Shown: positions 12,481-25,989 of the stretch, piece after piece
How the letters are laid out: every line of letters begins with the position of its first letter
Numbering within the stretch: position 1 is the first letter of the stretch
DNA from: Mobula birostris
Taxonomy: Eukaryota
Assembly: GCF_030028105.1 (NCBI RefSeq)
Contig: NC_092383.1
Span: 87,253,921 to 87,317,920 of the forward strand
Reading direction: 5' to 3'
DNA length: 64,000 bases
The notes under the pieces: model-generated
Seen by the model: only the letters and a program-made list of their open reading frames with translations
What the model was told of the DNA's origin: nothing
The model's database searches: none
Position numbers and translations under genes: made by a program

Positions 12481-14169
12481 CACTATCATGTATTATTCTG
12501 GAGTTATGAAATTATAGACATAGTTTGTATTAATTAAAAGTGGGAACAAAGCTTCCTGAAATAAAATGTAATCCACTGATTGTCGAAGGGTTTTGAAACC
12601 AATCATTGAGTGTGGGACATTCTGATTCTGAAGCAACACACAAAAAATGCTGGAGGAACTCAGCAGGTCAGGCAGCATCCATGGGAGTGAACAAACAGTT
12701 GACACTTTGGGCCGCGACCCTTCATCAGGACTGGAAAGGAAGGGGGAAGGTGGCAGAATAGAAATGCGGGGGAAGGAGAAGGAGCATAGCTGGCAGGTGA
12801 CAGGTGAAACCAGGGGGGTTGGAAAGAGTAAGGGCTGGGGAAGCAGGAATCTGATGTGTGAGAGAACAGTAGAGCATCAGAGAAAAGGAAGGAGAAGGGG
12901 ACCAAGGGGGAGGTAATGGGCAGGTGAGAAACCAGAGAGGAGAATAAAAAAGAGGGGAAGGGGAGGGAATTTTTTAAAAATGGGAATTAGAAGTCAATAT
13001 TCATTCCATCGTTTCAGGCTACCCAAACAGAATGTATGTTGTTGCTGCTCCACACCAAGGGTGGTACACCACAAGTAAGACAATAGATGAATGGTGATAT
13101 TAAACGGCACTTAATGAAACCTTCAGGATAAAATCAGAGCAGACATTAAGTGGCCTTCTCCTTTATAAGCACAGTTAAAGGCATATACCTACCTTTGTAT
13201 AGCCGAGGGTCATTGCTCAACTCTGTAATAAAAAATATATATTTTGGGCTCTTGGTGTGTATATATGCTCAGAAACTCCTGGTCCAGCCACTAGTATATT
13301 AAAATTCAGCAGATGTGCTGTTCACTGTGATGTACTTCCATTGTAAATCTACAATTCTTCAAAGATTGCCTGTGTATTTTCAAAATTAAATTTATGGGTT
13401 AGGCAATGACAGCTATTAAAATGCAGTGAAATCTGTCTTTTGTTTACAAAGTATAAAACATCACTGTACTGTTTTATGTGGAGAGAGCAGAAATTGATTC
13501 TCTAGATCTGCTGTGTTGAATAAAGTTCTTTTGTATCTCACATGTTTGGTGTCCATGTGGCTCAGTTCAGCACTCACAATGATCTCGTAGAGTTACAGAG
13601 CAATACAGCGTGGATAAAGGCCTTTCGGCCCAGTCTGTCCATGCTGACCACAGGGCCCCCCAGCAGGTCCAGGTGCATTCTGTGGGTTCAGTCTCAAGAC
13701 TTATTGGAGGTCTGCAATGGTGACTGTAGGTTCAGGAGCATTTGGAGACTGTCAGGGCAAGTGATGACATTCCAAACCCTTCCTGTTGAAAACGTGCTTA
13801 GAATGCATAAGTTTCATTGGGATGTGGTGTGACCAAACATACTGCTTCATCTTGTAGCCTATTATCACAATTAAACCCTGCCGCATCTGACAGCCAGTCT
13901 GGGAATCAGTTTAGGACTGGTTTTGTGTCTTAGCATTGCCGATTACTTTATAAAGGTAATGAACCGATTTCTGCAGAGCTCAAGGTCACCAAGTGTGACC
14001 GCCACAGTGCTGAGCTTTGTTCAGAGCAGACCTGTCATCCGTCACCCAGGTCTCATTACCTAAATAGTTGTCTGAAGTGAAATGTTTTCTTAGAATATAA
14101 ATGAGGAATTATGCAGAAGGAAGGCAGATTAGAAATCACAGACACAATCACAATCACAGATGATATCAG

Positions 14170-14500
14170 ACATCCAAATGTTTGAAGTTCGCAAAGTACA
14201 TAAAACAAAAACGGTATGTGCTGCATGGCATCTTGGCTGAACAGAGGAGTACTTTTAGTAATAGACTAAGACAACTGCACTGCTCCAAAGAGCGCAATAT
14301 GAGGTCATTCTTACCCTCGGCCATTAGGCTGTATGATGAGTCAACCTATAGCTGGGGATGTGATGACCCCCTTCCAGACTGCTTGTGGTAACTTTTTTTT
14401 AATTTTACTTCTATTCTAATATTTATACCTGTGCACTTGTTATGCGACTGTGACACTGGGATTGATTCCTTTGGAATCAATAAAGTATCTATCAATCTAA
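14170..14500 (+). mobile_element. Rex1-type LINE 3' fragment
   Basis: Reads QRSTFSNRLRQLHCSKERNMRSFLPSAIRLYDES, then an aataaag-tatctatc tail; same family as 34569-35066. Confidence 0.78.
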
Positions 14501-17310
14501 TTTTCAACAAATTATAGAAATTTGTGAAGATGTTAAACTGCTAGCAGGACTTAGTGATAATACTCAAGTGAGGGGATTTTGGTGAATTGTGGGCTGAACC
14601 AGAAATTACATGAAATCACAGAATCACAGGAAATTACTTCCAGAAGCACAGGAGATGTAAGTAAGAGCCACAGATGAAGCAGTTAGCACAGAGCTTGTTG
14701 GCAGTGGGAGAATATCCGAACATACATTTGCAGTTCATGTAGAGTTCATGATTGTTGTCAGAGCTGGTTCCTGTACACAGGCACTCAGTAAATTTCTTCA
14801 AAGTCTTCCCACTCTGCTGAATCTGTTCAGCCAGTTCGACATCCCAATTGTTACAGGGACCTGCCCACTCTGGGAATTCCTCCTTACCCGGACCCTGCCC
14901 ACAACCAGAACCACACACAAACTGCTGCAGGAACTCAGCAGACCAGGCAGTGTCTACAGTGAGAAATGGCAAGCTGATGTTTTGGATTGGGACCCTTCAA
15001 TGTGAGGTGTTCAAAATCACCAGCAGGACATCTAGTGTCTCAGGAGGCATTGCCCACTCTCAGCTGGACAATTTTTATTTTTTATTTTATTTTATTTAGG
15101 GATATATCCAGCCCAACAAGAATTCACTGCCTAATGAACCTGCTAACCCGTGTGTCTTTGGAATGTGGGAGGAAACTGGAGCACCCAGAGGAAACCCACA
15201 TGGTCATAGGGAGAATGTACAAACTCCTTACAGACAGTGGTGGGAATTGAACCTGGGTCACTGGAGCTGTAATAGTGTTATGATAGCCGCTACATGGTAA
15301 AGTTAACATCAATTAGGATGGAAGGGCACAAGCTTTTCAAACCCATTCGGTAATTCCCTAATGGTGACCATTCCTGCTGTTGGCTCTGCCAGATGTAGGC
15401 TGCATGTTGGCTGCAGGGATCCCCGTGGCAGACGGCATAGTACCGCACCTGACTCTCTGATGGCCGGTGGACAGGGAACAGATCAGGAGAGGGACTTATG
15501 ATGGCTGAAAACTGTAGGTATGAGCAGGGCCGAGGCCATGGACGAGGCTTCTCCTCGTGAGTGGGGCTTGCTCTCATTGTCCAGCTTTGTTCTCACTGGT
15601 GGGCTTTCTGAGCCTTGGATTTCAGATGGAATTTGTTCCCATGGGAAGGTCTTGTTCAAATAGGAAGGATTTCAAAGTTCAAAATAAATTTAGTATCAAA
15701 GTGCATTTCTGTCACAATGCATTCTGAAAGGGTCACTAGCGAACTCAAGTGCAGGAATCACAGCGATTTCAACAATCCAAACAAAACAAGAGACTTATTC
15801 CATAAATTAACCAGCAAAACTAACAAGCACACTACAGAGAATCTTGAAGAACTGAAATGACCTGATACAGCAAAGAACTCGGTCTGAGTTTCACCAGGCA
15901 AGTATCCACAATGACCAAGCAAAGGGGAATTGGCAAGCACTCTTCAAATACACGCTGGAACCCGTAGGAGTTCAGTGCCAATCAGACAACATAGGTTTCC
16001 ACACGAAGGACTAATCCCCAAAGGCAACAACTCCAATGCAAGATATTGACAATACCGTGCTAATTAAATTATCCCAAATTGAATAAAAGTGATAAATGCA
16101 AAGACAGGCTGAAATCTCCATGATCCCAAATGAGACACCTGCAACACAAAGTGAAAAACGCAGATAATCCAAAGACAAACAATTAGACATAAAAGGTAAA
16201 CAATGCAAGAAGTACTGCATACTCAGTGAAAAAAATACAACCCACATACTAACTGAAAAAAAATCTCTTCTTCTTTAAAGAAATTTTCTGTGACAGATTC
16301 GCAGTAAATACAAATAAACACCAGAGATTCAATGAGAAAAAAACACACTCAAGATGGACAACCAACCCATGTGCAAAAGACAACAAACTGTGCAAACACA
16401 AAAAAAAAACAAAATAATATCATCAAACAATAGTTAATCGAGAGCATGAGATGAAGAGTCCTTGAAAGTGAGTCCATAGGTTGTGGAAACAGTCAGTGTT
16501 AGGGTCAGAAAACTCTTTGTAATTTTCTCACCACTCAACTTTACTCACTCAGTCCATAGATGAACGGGTTTCCAGTTAAGTTCCAGACTATACTTACGCT
16601 CTATGTAGAGCCCTGGCTCGTGTGTGAGTTTGGAGACACCAAAGCACAGCTCCCTGTTATTGCCCCAGTCGACTGACACCCAGGAAAGCCTGGCGAGGCA
16701 GGACATGTCCTGATTTTTGTGCAAACCGCAGGTAAGATCTCTGGAGTATCGCCGACTGAAGCAACCCCTCCCAATAGACACGGTACCCTTCTTTGAGGAT
16801 AGTGACCTCATTGCGATGGAGTGGCTTGTGATTTTCTGATGCTGTCATCAGCTTAGTTCCTGGTCGGTCTCCAATGGCAGTATGGTCAAAGGGGCGTTTC
16901 CAGTCAAAGAGCGATCCAACAAATTCTCAACAGTGGAGCTGGCAGAAGATGGTGATACATCACAATGGAGGAGGGCTGCAGCAGAGAAGGTCCACAGTTG
17001 TTCTGCACTCCCTGACACTGATTTGTCAGGGACTTTCATTGTGCATCAGCCTCCCCACGTTAAACAAAGTTACGCACAGGCGTTTCTTCATAAAGGGAAT
17101 AAGGAAAACATCATACTCAACTGGAGTGATAGCAGTATTTTTGTCACAGTCACCATTAACTCTTCAGTCAGGCTGTTATTAATAGTTTTGCTGACAGTAA
17201 CTATCCTTCACCATTTCAATGAGATAGTTAAAATTCGATTTGATTCATCTGTTTAGTTCAACCGAGGGGGTCTCAGATTCTAAGGTGCCCGATTTCAGCC
17301 TCTGGCTCAC

Positions 17311-17352
17311 TGTGGTTTCACAACTCAGCTTCCTGTTGCCTCCTCCTTCCTC
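17311..17352 (+). promoter_or_regulatory. Candidate myeloid-type promoter of gene 2: one RUNX site plus two ETS/PU.1-like cores
   Basis: TGTGGTT at 17311-17317, CTTCCTGT at 17329-17336 and CCTTCCTC at 17345-17352, about 105-145 nt upstream of the leader ATG. Motif match only; function is inferred. Confidence 0.45.
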
Positions 17353-17456
17353 ATTCAATTTCCACGTCCTATTTGTCTGAGTCATTTATTTAGTTCTTAG
17401 AGCGAAGAGCTGAGCGACAGACAAGTGCTGCCCGGTTGGTCACTGCCAACAGAACA

Positions 17457-17493
17457 ATGTGGATTCCGATTCTTCTCATCTGCTCACTGCCTG
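17457..17493 (+). CDS. Gene 2 leader exon (MWIPILLICSLP)
   Basis: ATG in acaATGt context, hydrophobic peptide, strong donor G|gtgagt. Phase 1 joins the V exon to give ...SLP-VSGALWA. Confidence 0.8.
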
Positions 17494-19559
17494 GTGAGTG
17501 ACTGCCGGCGCGGGACGTTACAGAGACTGGTAAATGCAAGAAATACTCAGCCGGTCAGGCTGTACCTGTGGAAATGAAACAGTGAATGTTTCAGACCCAA
17601 GACCTTTTGATCCTGTTTCACTTCCCAGAGATTCAGCCTGACATACACAGTATTCCCAGCACGTTCTGTTTTTGTCTCAGATTTCCAACATCTGCCGTTT
17701 ATTTGTCATTCAAATGATCAGTGTTAATTCGGGTCTAGTGCTCTGTTTCAGTAGCAGAGATGGTAAAGTATGTGCAGATATATAAAGACAGAAAATACTC
17801 CATAAATAGATTCAACTCTTTTGGGGTGTGGAACCACAGACACAATGCTTAGAGTACTGTATGGGTCCAGCAGTATCTATGGAGGAAAAAGGTGCTCCCG
17901 TTGGAGGCCCTGCATCGGGGCTCGTGGAGGCAGGGGCGGGTAGTTGTGGGTGTACAGGAGAAGTGTATTGAGTTGAGTACACGTCCTGGTCCTGGTGTGG
18001 CACCAGTGTGGAGGATAATGGTGGCAGAGAATGTTGCTGCCTAGAGAACAGTTAATTTGTAAAAGTTTGCACTATAAAATGCAAAGACACCCTTTCCATC
18101 CATGAAACATGATTTTAATGCTGCCTTGTACTCACTAAAATCAGCATAGGAATTATACATGAAAAATAAGTTTTTGCAGTTTTTACAGCTGTTCCTGATA
18201 TTGAAATGTCTTGTTCTTCATTTCTGTGTGGGTTGAGGTCTGATCTTGCACTCAGAATCCGGTTCCTTCTCATTCACTTCCTCAAACTCTGAACAATTGT
18301 TTTATTCAGCAGCACCCTGTAATTTTTCCCTTTTACCCATTTTTTAAAAAGCTTGTCACGGACGCTCGCCCTGCAGAGGCTCAGTGCCGGTATTTATTGT
18401 CTTCAATCATAGTTTTACTGAGTAATTCCAGGTGGGGATGTTTGTAGAGTTCAGTTAGGGAATTTGAGAAATATTTTCCTTAAACATTCATTGCCCCACT
18501 TAAAAGATGCCATCAACATAGTAGCATTTGGGGGATATGATTGCTCGTGATGTTCGATGATGTTCAGTACTCATTGACAATGTGGACTCAAATGCAGGGT
18601 ATGTGGCAAAGACACCAGCAGATGGGGTGAAATTGACCAGGTGATTGACAGGAAGGAGGAAAGATTTTCACCCCAGGGGCATTTGGATGGTTAGTGGGGC
18701 AGAAAAAGACTGTATGGAGATCAAATAGAACATAGAACAATACTTCAGCCTATAATATTGTGCTGAACCAATTAAATTAGTAATCAAATGGCCAACTCAA
18801 CTTATCCTTTCTGCCTGCACAATATCGATATCCTTCCATTTTCTCCACATTCATGTCCCGATCTAAATGTCTTTTAAAAGTTCAGACACCCCAGCCCACT
18901 GATATCAGCTGTTGACAGGCCCCCAACACCCGCTTAGTGACACTGTGGCTTTAAAGTCCAGTCCTTGTCCTGACACCCAACTCCCAGTAGGCGAATCCGT
19001 GGCTTTGAGACCCAGTCCTCACATATACAAAACACAACCAGACAAATATATATGTATATAGTCCAGACCCCTCAGTCCATTTTAAATCTTCCATCCCACA
19101 GATGAGCTATGCCGACCCCAGTAGCTCAGTGTCTCGATCGCCTCAACTCCAATGACCAAAAAGCAAGAGACCCGCAGCTTGAGGCCCAAGCCCATTCAAT
19201 GCCGCTAAAAGATCTGCAGTCAGCCACGTCAGAGCTTGTCTTCTGCTGAGCGAAATCCTGGGAGGGCAGCTCCGACTCCATTCTGGACACTGTGCCACAC
19301 CATTCCCAGTGACGCGCACCGGCTTTGCTCTCTCATTCCGGGCGGCTGCAAGCAGGCGACACCATGGTTTCAGGCCTAGTCCTCGTTACGGCCAAAGAAT
19401 CGGCTCTTTCCATCTGCCCCTGCTCACATCCAATAAATCTGCGAATAGAACTTGTGGCATACCAGATTAACAATGTCCAAAGGGGTCCTGCTATCACAAG
19501 AAAAGTGACCATGTCGGCTATATTGACTCAGGCAGCGGCACCTTGTGTGGCTCCTTCAT

Positions 19560-21612
19560 TACCTCTGCTAGTGAGCAACTCACTAATGGTGTAGACCTGC
19601 AGTACTTCGAGTTCTTAATGCATACTAGAAGCTTGTGATCATTAGGTGTACATTTAGGTACAACAGTAGCACCTTTTAGTGACCCCATAGAAGCCACTGT
19701 GACCATTTACACCACCATCTTGCTGGAAGTTAGCAATCTTCTACATTCTAAAGAATGCAGTGCTAACTTGTTCAATCTTTCCCTGTTACTCAGGTCTTTC
19801 AGCCCTGGCAACATCCTTGTAAATTTTCACTGCAATCTTTCAACCTTGTGTAACTCGCTTCAGCTAGCGGCTTAATCTAGAAGATGATAGCCCCCTGGCC
19901 CGTCATAACTTAAGAAATCTCAATTGGGTGGATGCTGTGTGATGTGTCCCCATTACAAATCAGTACCACGAAATAACAAACAGTACACAATATGCAATTA
20001 AATGATTGTGCTTTATAATTCTTAATTAGTAAAGAAACAAAACAAAGAAAAGGGCCCATTCTCATGAAACAGTCTAGTGCGCAATGTTGGAGCTCACTGT
20101 TCAATCCACTGGTTTTCCGTTGACCTGCCCCGAGCAAAACTGATCCTCGGAACCTCGCTCCAAATCGACTCCGTCCGGCAGTCCGCCACCTCTCTCCATT
20201 TGCGTCTTCTCTCCTCATCTCTCCTTGTCAAAAGACCACAAAATCCCTTCTCCCAGCACCACAAAAAACAACAACATCCCTCATTCCAAGGCCCCGTTAT
20301 CTCTAGTCATAACCCAAACACTGCTACAGAGAAACTATTACATTAGCAGTGAAACCTCACAGCACGTTACACTTGTTTACATCTTTCCTGCAGATGGGTG
20401 ACCAAAACTGTACATAATGCTCCAAATTAGCCCTTCCAAACGTTTTATACAACTTCAATGTAACATCCCATCTTCTGTACTCATTGATTTATGAAGGCCA
20501 ATGTGCCAAAAGCTTTCTTTGCAACTTTATCTACCCGTGACACCACTTTCAACAAATTATGTACCTGTTTTCCCAGATCCCTCTGTTCTACCACACTCTC
20601 ATTGCCCTACCATTCCCTGTGTAAAACCTACCCTGGTCGGTCCTACCGAAGTGCATAACATCGCACTTGTCTGTATTAAATTCTTTCTGCCATTTTTCAG
20701 CCCAATCTTCCTGCTTATGCAGATCCCTCTACAAGCCATGATAGCCTTCCTCACTACCCACTACACCCCCAGTCTTGGTGTCATCTACAAATTTGCAGAT
20801 CCAGTTAACCACGTTATGATCCAGATCATTGATACAGATGACAAACAACAAAGGACCCAGCTTCCATCCTTGCAGGACACTACTAGTCACAGGCCTCAAG
20901 TCAGAGAGGCAACCATATACTACTACTCTCTGGCTTCTCCCACAAGCCTAATCCAATATACTACCTCATCCTGAATGCCAAGTGACTGAAACTTCTTGAC
21001 AAGCCTCCCATACGGAATATTGTTAAATGCTTAACTCAATGCATGCTGACAACGTCCACTGCTTTGTCTTCATCCACTTTCCTGGTAACTTCCCTGACAT
21101 ACTCTATAAGGCTAATTAGACACGACCTACCATGCACAAAGCCATGCTGCCTATCCTTAATCAGTCCATGTCTATCCAAATACTTAATATATCCGGTCCC
21201 TTAGAATACTTTCCAATAACTTTCTCACTACTGATGTCAGATGCACTGGCCCATAACTTCCTAATTTGTATTTAGAGCCTTTTTTAAGCAGCAGAACAAC
21301 ATTGGTTATCCTCCAATCCTCTGATACTTCTCCTGTCACTAAGGATGTTTTAAATATCTCTCCTAGGGCCCTGGCAATTTCTACACTTCCCTCCCATAGT
21401 GTCCAAGGGAACATCTTCTCAGGTCCTGGGAACTTATCCACACTGATTTGCCTCAGGGTAGCAAATACCTCTTCCTCTGTAATCTGTAGATGGTCCATGA
21501 AGTTGATGCTACTTTCCCTCATTTCTACAGACTCTGTATCCATCTCCCAACTAAATACAGATGCAAAGAATGCATTTACTATCTCCCCATCTGTTTTTGC
21601 TCCGTACATGTG
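19560..21612 (-). mobile_element. CR1 LINE, RT region and 3' part (decayed)
   Basis: ORF 21184..21621(-) reads NAFFASVF...PGP...DWRITNVVLLLKKG...YGPVHLTSVVRKLLESILRDRI. Interrupted by the solo LTR. Confidence 0.88.
19849..20371. mobile_element. Solo LTR inserted in a CR1 element
   Basis: TGTAAC...GTTACA termini with a 4-bp target-site duplication CTTG (19845-19848 and 20372-20375). CR1 sequence resumes on both sides. Confidence 0.88.
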
Positions 21613-22660
21613 AAACCCCACTGGTGTCCTTCATATCAGACACATACTTCTGATAAGTTTGCTGTAGTAGATCTTCCTCACTAGTCCCACAACAGAGGTC
21701 AACGGGAAACCTCGCTTCACGCCCAAATATCAGATAATACGGCAGGTACCCGGCAGCTTCGTTCTGTGTACAGTTGTAGCAGTGGACCAGACGTTCAGTA
21801 TGTTGACTCCACTTGTCCTTTTTAACTAATTTCCAAGGTTCCGAGCATGTCTAGCAAGATCCAATTGAGCCTCTCGTGCTGCGGATCACCCTGTGTGTGA
21901 TAAGGCTTAGTCCCTGACTTCTTAACTCCAAGTATGCTCAGTAACTCATGTATGAGCCTATTCTGTAAATCCTGTCCCTGATCACTATTTACAGTATTCG
22001 CCTGGGGAGGCCATAATAAAAGATACAATTCTCCCATAACACTTTGGCCATGGTGGACACCTTCTGATTCTTGGTAGGGAAGACTTGCGCAAATCCGGTG
22101 TAGTGATCGGTAATGACCAAGACATTCACATGTTGCTGGCACCAGGCTCTGTTGATAGGAAATCCATACACACCCGGTCACGTGACCCCGCACTCTGTAA
22201 GTGGGACAATGGAACGGCCCTCGTAGGCAGCATCTTCCGCCATGTGTATCGAATGCACGACTTGCTGTATTCATTGAACTCCGGCTTCATTTGGGGCCAG
22301 TAGGACTGATCTTTCAGCAATCCATAAGTCTTGTCAACCCTCAGATGACTGGAGTCATCATGCAGTGACTTCAACACAATCCTCACAATTCTCACGCAGA
22401 GCCGGCCGGGAATCCCAAGGCTTGTCTGGAGGCGATGTGACCCAGTAATCGAATCTGGTTCCTCAGCTCCAATCTGGGCCATCCACTCAGTAGCAGAGAG
22501 ATTCAGCTCGTCCACTTGGGCCATGGCCCCTTCCACAACTGCTGACCAGATGGTGCCCATGCATGGCTCATCTCTCTAAGCAGCTGCCACTTCCCCAGGA
22601 CTCAATTCCGGCAACTGCTTTGTCTTGAGAGCAGTCAGGATGCAGTAAGCCTGTGGAGTG
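21613..22660 (-). mobile_element. Gypsy integrase remnant (frameshifted)
   Basis: Zn-binding-like HDDSSHLRVDKTYGLLKDQSYWPQM and core motifs CMDFLS, NVLVITDHYT, FPTKNQK, YYGLPRR, SDQG, TKPYHTQGDPQHERLN are spread over several frames. Confidence 0.88.
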
Positions 22661-22679
22661 GCACCATTAGAAGCTCCCA

Positions 22680-24836
22680 AAAGAACTACCACTGGATTCC
22701 GCCCTTGCCTTTCCTCTGCCTTCACCGTGATGGAAAACTGGCACATGGCTTTGACTCCTGGGGCAGGAATGCTCTCCTACTCTCTGTCCCTGTCCAGCTC
22801 TTCATGTGCACGTTGGGACAATGCATTGGCATTAATGATCAACCACGGTTGCATCCTTTTTCCACTCGAAAATTTCTTCTTTTTTGGAATATACCTGTCT
22901 TGCATATTCCTCATTTCTCGCATTAACTCCAGCCACTGCTGCTCTGCTGTCTTTCCCGCCAGTGTCTCTTTCCAGTCGACTTTGGCCAGTTCCTCTCTCA
23001 TGCCACTGTAATTTCCTTTACTCCGCTGAAATACCGACACATCAGATTTCAGCTTCTCTTTTTCTAATTTCACAGGGAACTCAATCATGTTATGATCACT
23101 GCCTCCTAAGGGTTCCTTCAGCTCAAACTCTCCATTCACCTCTGGTTCATTACACAATACCCAATCCAGTACAGCCTATCCCCTAGTAGGCTCAACAACA
23201 AGCTGTTCTAAAAAGCCATCTCGCAGACATTCTACAAATTCTCTCTCTTGAGATCCACTGCTGACCTGATTTTCCCAATCCACTCGCATGTTAAAATCCC
23301 CTACAATTATCATAACACTGCCCTTCTGACAAGCCTTTTCTATTTCCAGTTGTAATTTGTAGTCCACATCCCTGCAGCTGTTTGGAGGCCTGTACAGAAC
23401 TGCCATCAGGGTTCTTTTACCCCTGCGATTTCTTAGCTCAACCCAAAAACATTCTGCACCTTCCGATCCTATATCACCTCTTTCTAATGATTTAATATCA
23501 TTTCTTACCAATAAAGCTACGCCTCCCCCTCTGCCTACCTTCCTATCCTTCTGATACACCGTGTATCCTTGGACATTCAGCTCCCAGAGACATGCATCCT
23601 TTAGCCAGGTCTCAGTGATGGCCACAATATCATACCTGCCAATCTGTAGCTGTACAACAAGATCATCCACCTTATTCCTTATGCTGCGTGCATTTAAGTA
23701 CAACACCTTAAGACCAGTATTTGATACTTTTTGCTTTGATTTCACTGCAACTTTATTGCACTGCAACTCATCCCAATGGCTACAAATTTGCCCCATCACC
23801 TGCCTGTCTTTCCTGACATCTTTACTGCTCACTATCTTAGATTTATTTCTGTTTTCCCCTTCCTCCGCTCTATCATTCCGGTTCCCATCCCCCTGCCAAA
23901 TTAGTTTCAACCCTCCCTAACAGCTCTATTAAACTTTCCCGCCAGGATATTGGTCCCCTTCGGGTTCAGGTGTAACCTGTCCTTTTTGAACAGGTCATAC
24001 TTCCCCCAGAAAAGATCCCAATTATCCAAGAATCTGAAGCACTGCCCCCTACACCAGTCTCTCAGCCACGCATTCATCTGCCTGATCCGACTACTCTTGC
24101 CCTCGTTAGCACGTGGCACAGGTAGCAATCCCGAGATTACTACCCTGGAGGTCCTGCTTCTCAGCTTCCTTCCTAACTCCTGGAAATCTCTCTTCAGGAC
24201 CTCCTCCTTTGTCCTATCTATGTCAATGGTATCAACATGTACCAAGACAACTGGCTGCTCACCCTCCCCCTCTAGAATATTCAGGACCCGATCCGAGACA
24301 TCCCGTACCCTGGCACCTGGGAGGCAACACACCATGCGGGTATCTCTGTCAGGCTCACAGAATCTCCTGTCTGTTCCCCTGACTATGGAATCCCCTACGA
24401 CTACTGCATTTCTCTTCTCCCTCCTTCTCTCCTGCACAACAGCGCCAGGCTCAGTGCCAGAGACCCGGTCACCGTGGGCATCCCTGGTCAGGTCATCCCC
24501 CTCAACAGCATCCAGAACAAGATATTTGTTGCTGAGGGGGACAGCCACAGGGGTGCTCTCCAATATCCAGGCATTTCCCTTCCCTCTCTTGACAGTGACC
24601 CAGCTTTCTGACCCCTGTAGCCTAGGGATGACTATATCCCTGTAGCTCCTGTCTATCACCTCTTCACTTTCCCTGATAAGCAGTAGGTCATCAAGCTGCA
24701 GCTCCAGATCCCTAACAAGGTCTCTGAGGAGCTGCAACTCGGTGCACCTGGCGCAGATGCGGCCATCAGGGAGGCTGGAAGTCTCCCAGGATTCCCACAT
24801 CTGACACCCTGAACAAAGCACTAACCCTGCAGGCAT
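22680..24836 (-). mobile_element. CR1 LINE 5' half: ORF1 (Zn finger/coiled coil plus SGNH esterase-like domain) and APE endonuclease
   Basis: ORF1 runs from the ATG at 24836 to 23907 (CSGC...CARC, VVVGDSIV, LPGA, DRLHLN). ORF2 endonuclease reads LYLNARSIRNK...ITETWL...GRGGGVA...YRPPN...GDFN...GSDHNM, with a stop at 23176. Confidence 0.92.
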
Positions 24837-25989
24837 GCTATCAAATTCTACAGGAATGAAACAGGAAAAATAAGTGGTCATTGACATATAAAGTAAAAAT
24901 AACTGGTTCCAGCACAGATCATTATGGAACACTACTAGTCATCTTTCATTGGCTCCACTGTCAAGGTCTTGTTTAGATTGATCTTTGACTGGAACTTCCC
25001 CCTTGACCTTTCTGCCATGGAGGACCATACCGGATGGCATCGCTCCCAGGATGTCAGGAAATCACAAGCCTCTCCACCACCACAAGGTGATGATCCATGG
25101 AGAAGTGAGTAAGCGGTAGCATTCTGAAATGCTCTTCCTGAACAGTTGGTAGAGTCAGGAACCTTCAGCACAGTAAACTGAGCCTGGAAGGTGTATCTGA
25201 AGTGCTGTCACCTGCCGGGCAAAGGGCCCAGTGTTAGAGGGAGGACCAGAACATACAGCGCTTCTTCAACCAGTACTGAAGAAAGGGCTGAATGGCCTCT
25301 TAAGTCATAAGTTCTATGATCCTGCTCCAGGAGAACAGAAGTGGGACTGAATATTTCATTTTTTATTGACAGGAAATTCTGGTGACATATGTCAATGTCC
25401 GTTTTTGCCAAGAACAAAACCAGAATGTATGAAGACCCTAATGTTATTTTGGGATTCAACATTTTCTGTATATATAGTACATTCTCCTGCCCTCAAATTT
25501 CAGGTGAATAGAAATCAACTGCCCTCAATGACCACTCCCCTCACCCTGCTCCCCAAGAAGTAGACGGTGTCTCTTGTCTCCCTCAGTCCGCGGTCTCTCA
25601 CCATTCAGGGGAATACATGCACTGAATGTCCTTGGAAAAGTTGGGATCTGAGGAAGAAGCTGAGTAAAAAGCTGGGAGATACCGTTAGAAGCCACGCATT
25701 GAAGATGCAACTGTTCCGCGACAAGGGTATAAGCCAAACACTGGTGACTGCCAATCCTACTACCTTCTGACCACAAACAGGGGTGAATGTCTGATTGGTG
25801 TCTTTGTAAAGGGATGGATATTCACCAGCACAGCCAGGATATTCACTCTGAATATTGAAAAGATTTTGAGGATACAAAGGTCTGTGGACTCCAGAATTTG
25901 GAGTGACAAACTATCAGCTGGAGGAACTCGGTGGGTCAGGACTTCAGCATCTGTCAGGGGATGGGACGGCTGAGGTTATTGACCTGACA

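Noticed and set aside
15290-15577. GC-richer 95-aa ORF on the minus strand
   Set aside because: No recognisable homology in any frame; probably a fragment of an unidentified repeat.
16545-17256. Overlapping ORFs (16545..16811 -, 16882..17256 +) upstream of gene 2
   Set aside because: No recognisable domain, splice structure or paralogue; consistent with chance ORFs.
23950-24645. Long + strand ORFs (231 aa and others) over 20.5-24.6 kb and at 54204-54551
   Set aside because: They are antisense shadows of CR1 and RTE coding sequence.
25525-25877. Overlapping short ORFs with a hydrophobic stretch
   Set aside because: No splice sites in phase with gene 2 and no family motif; cannot be supported as an exon.
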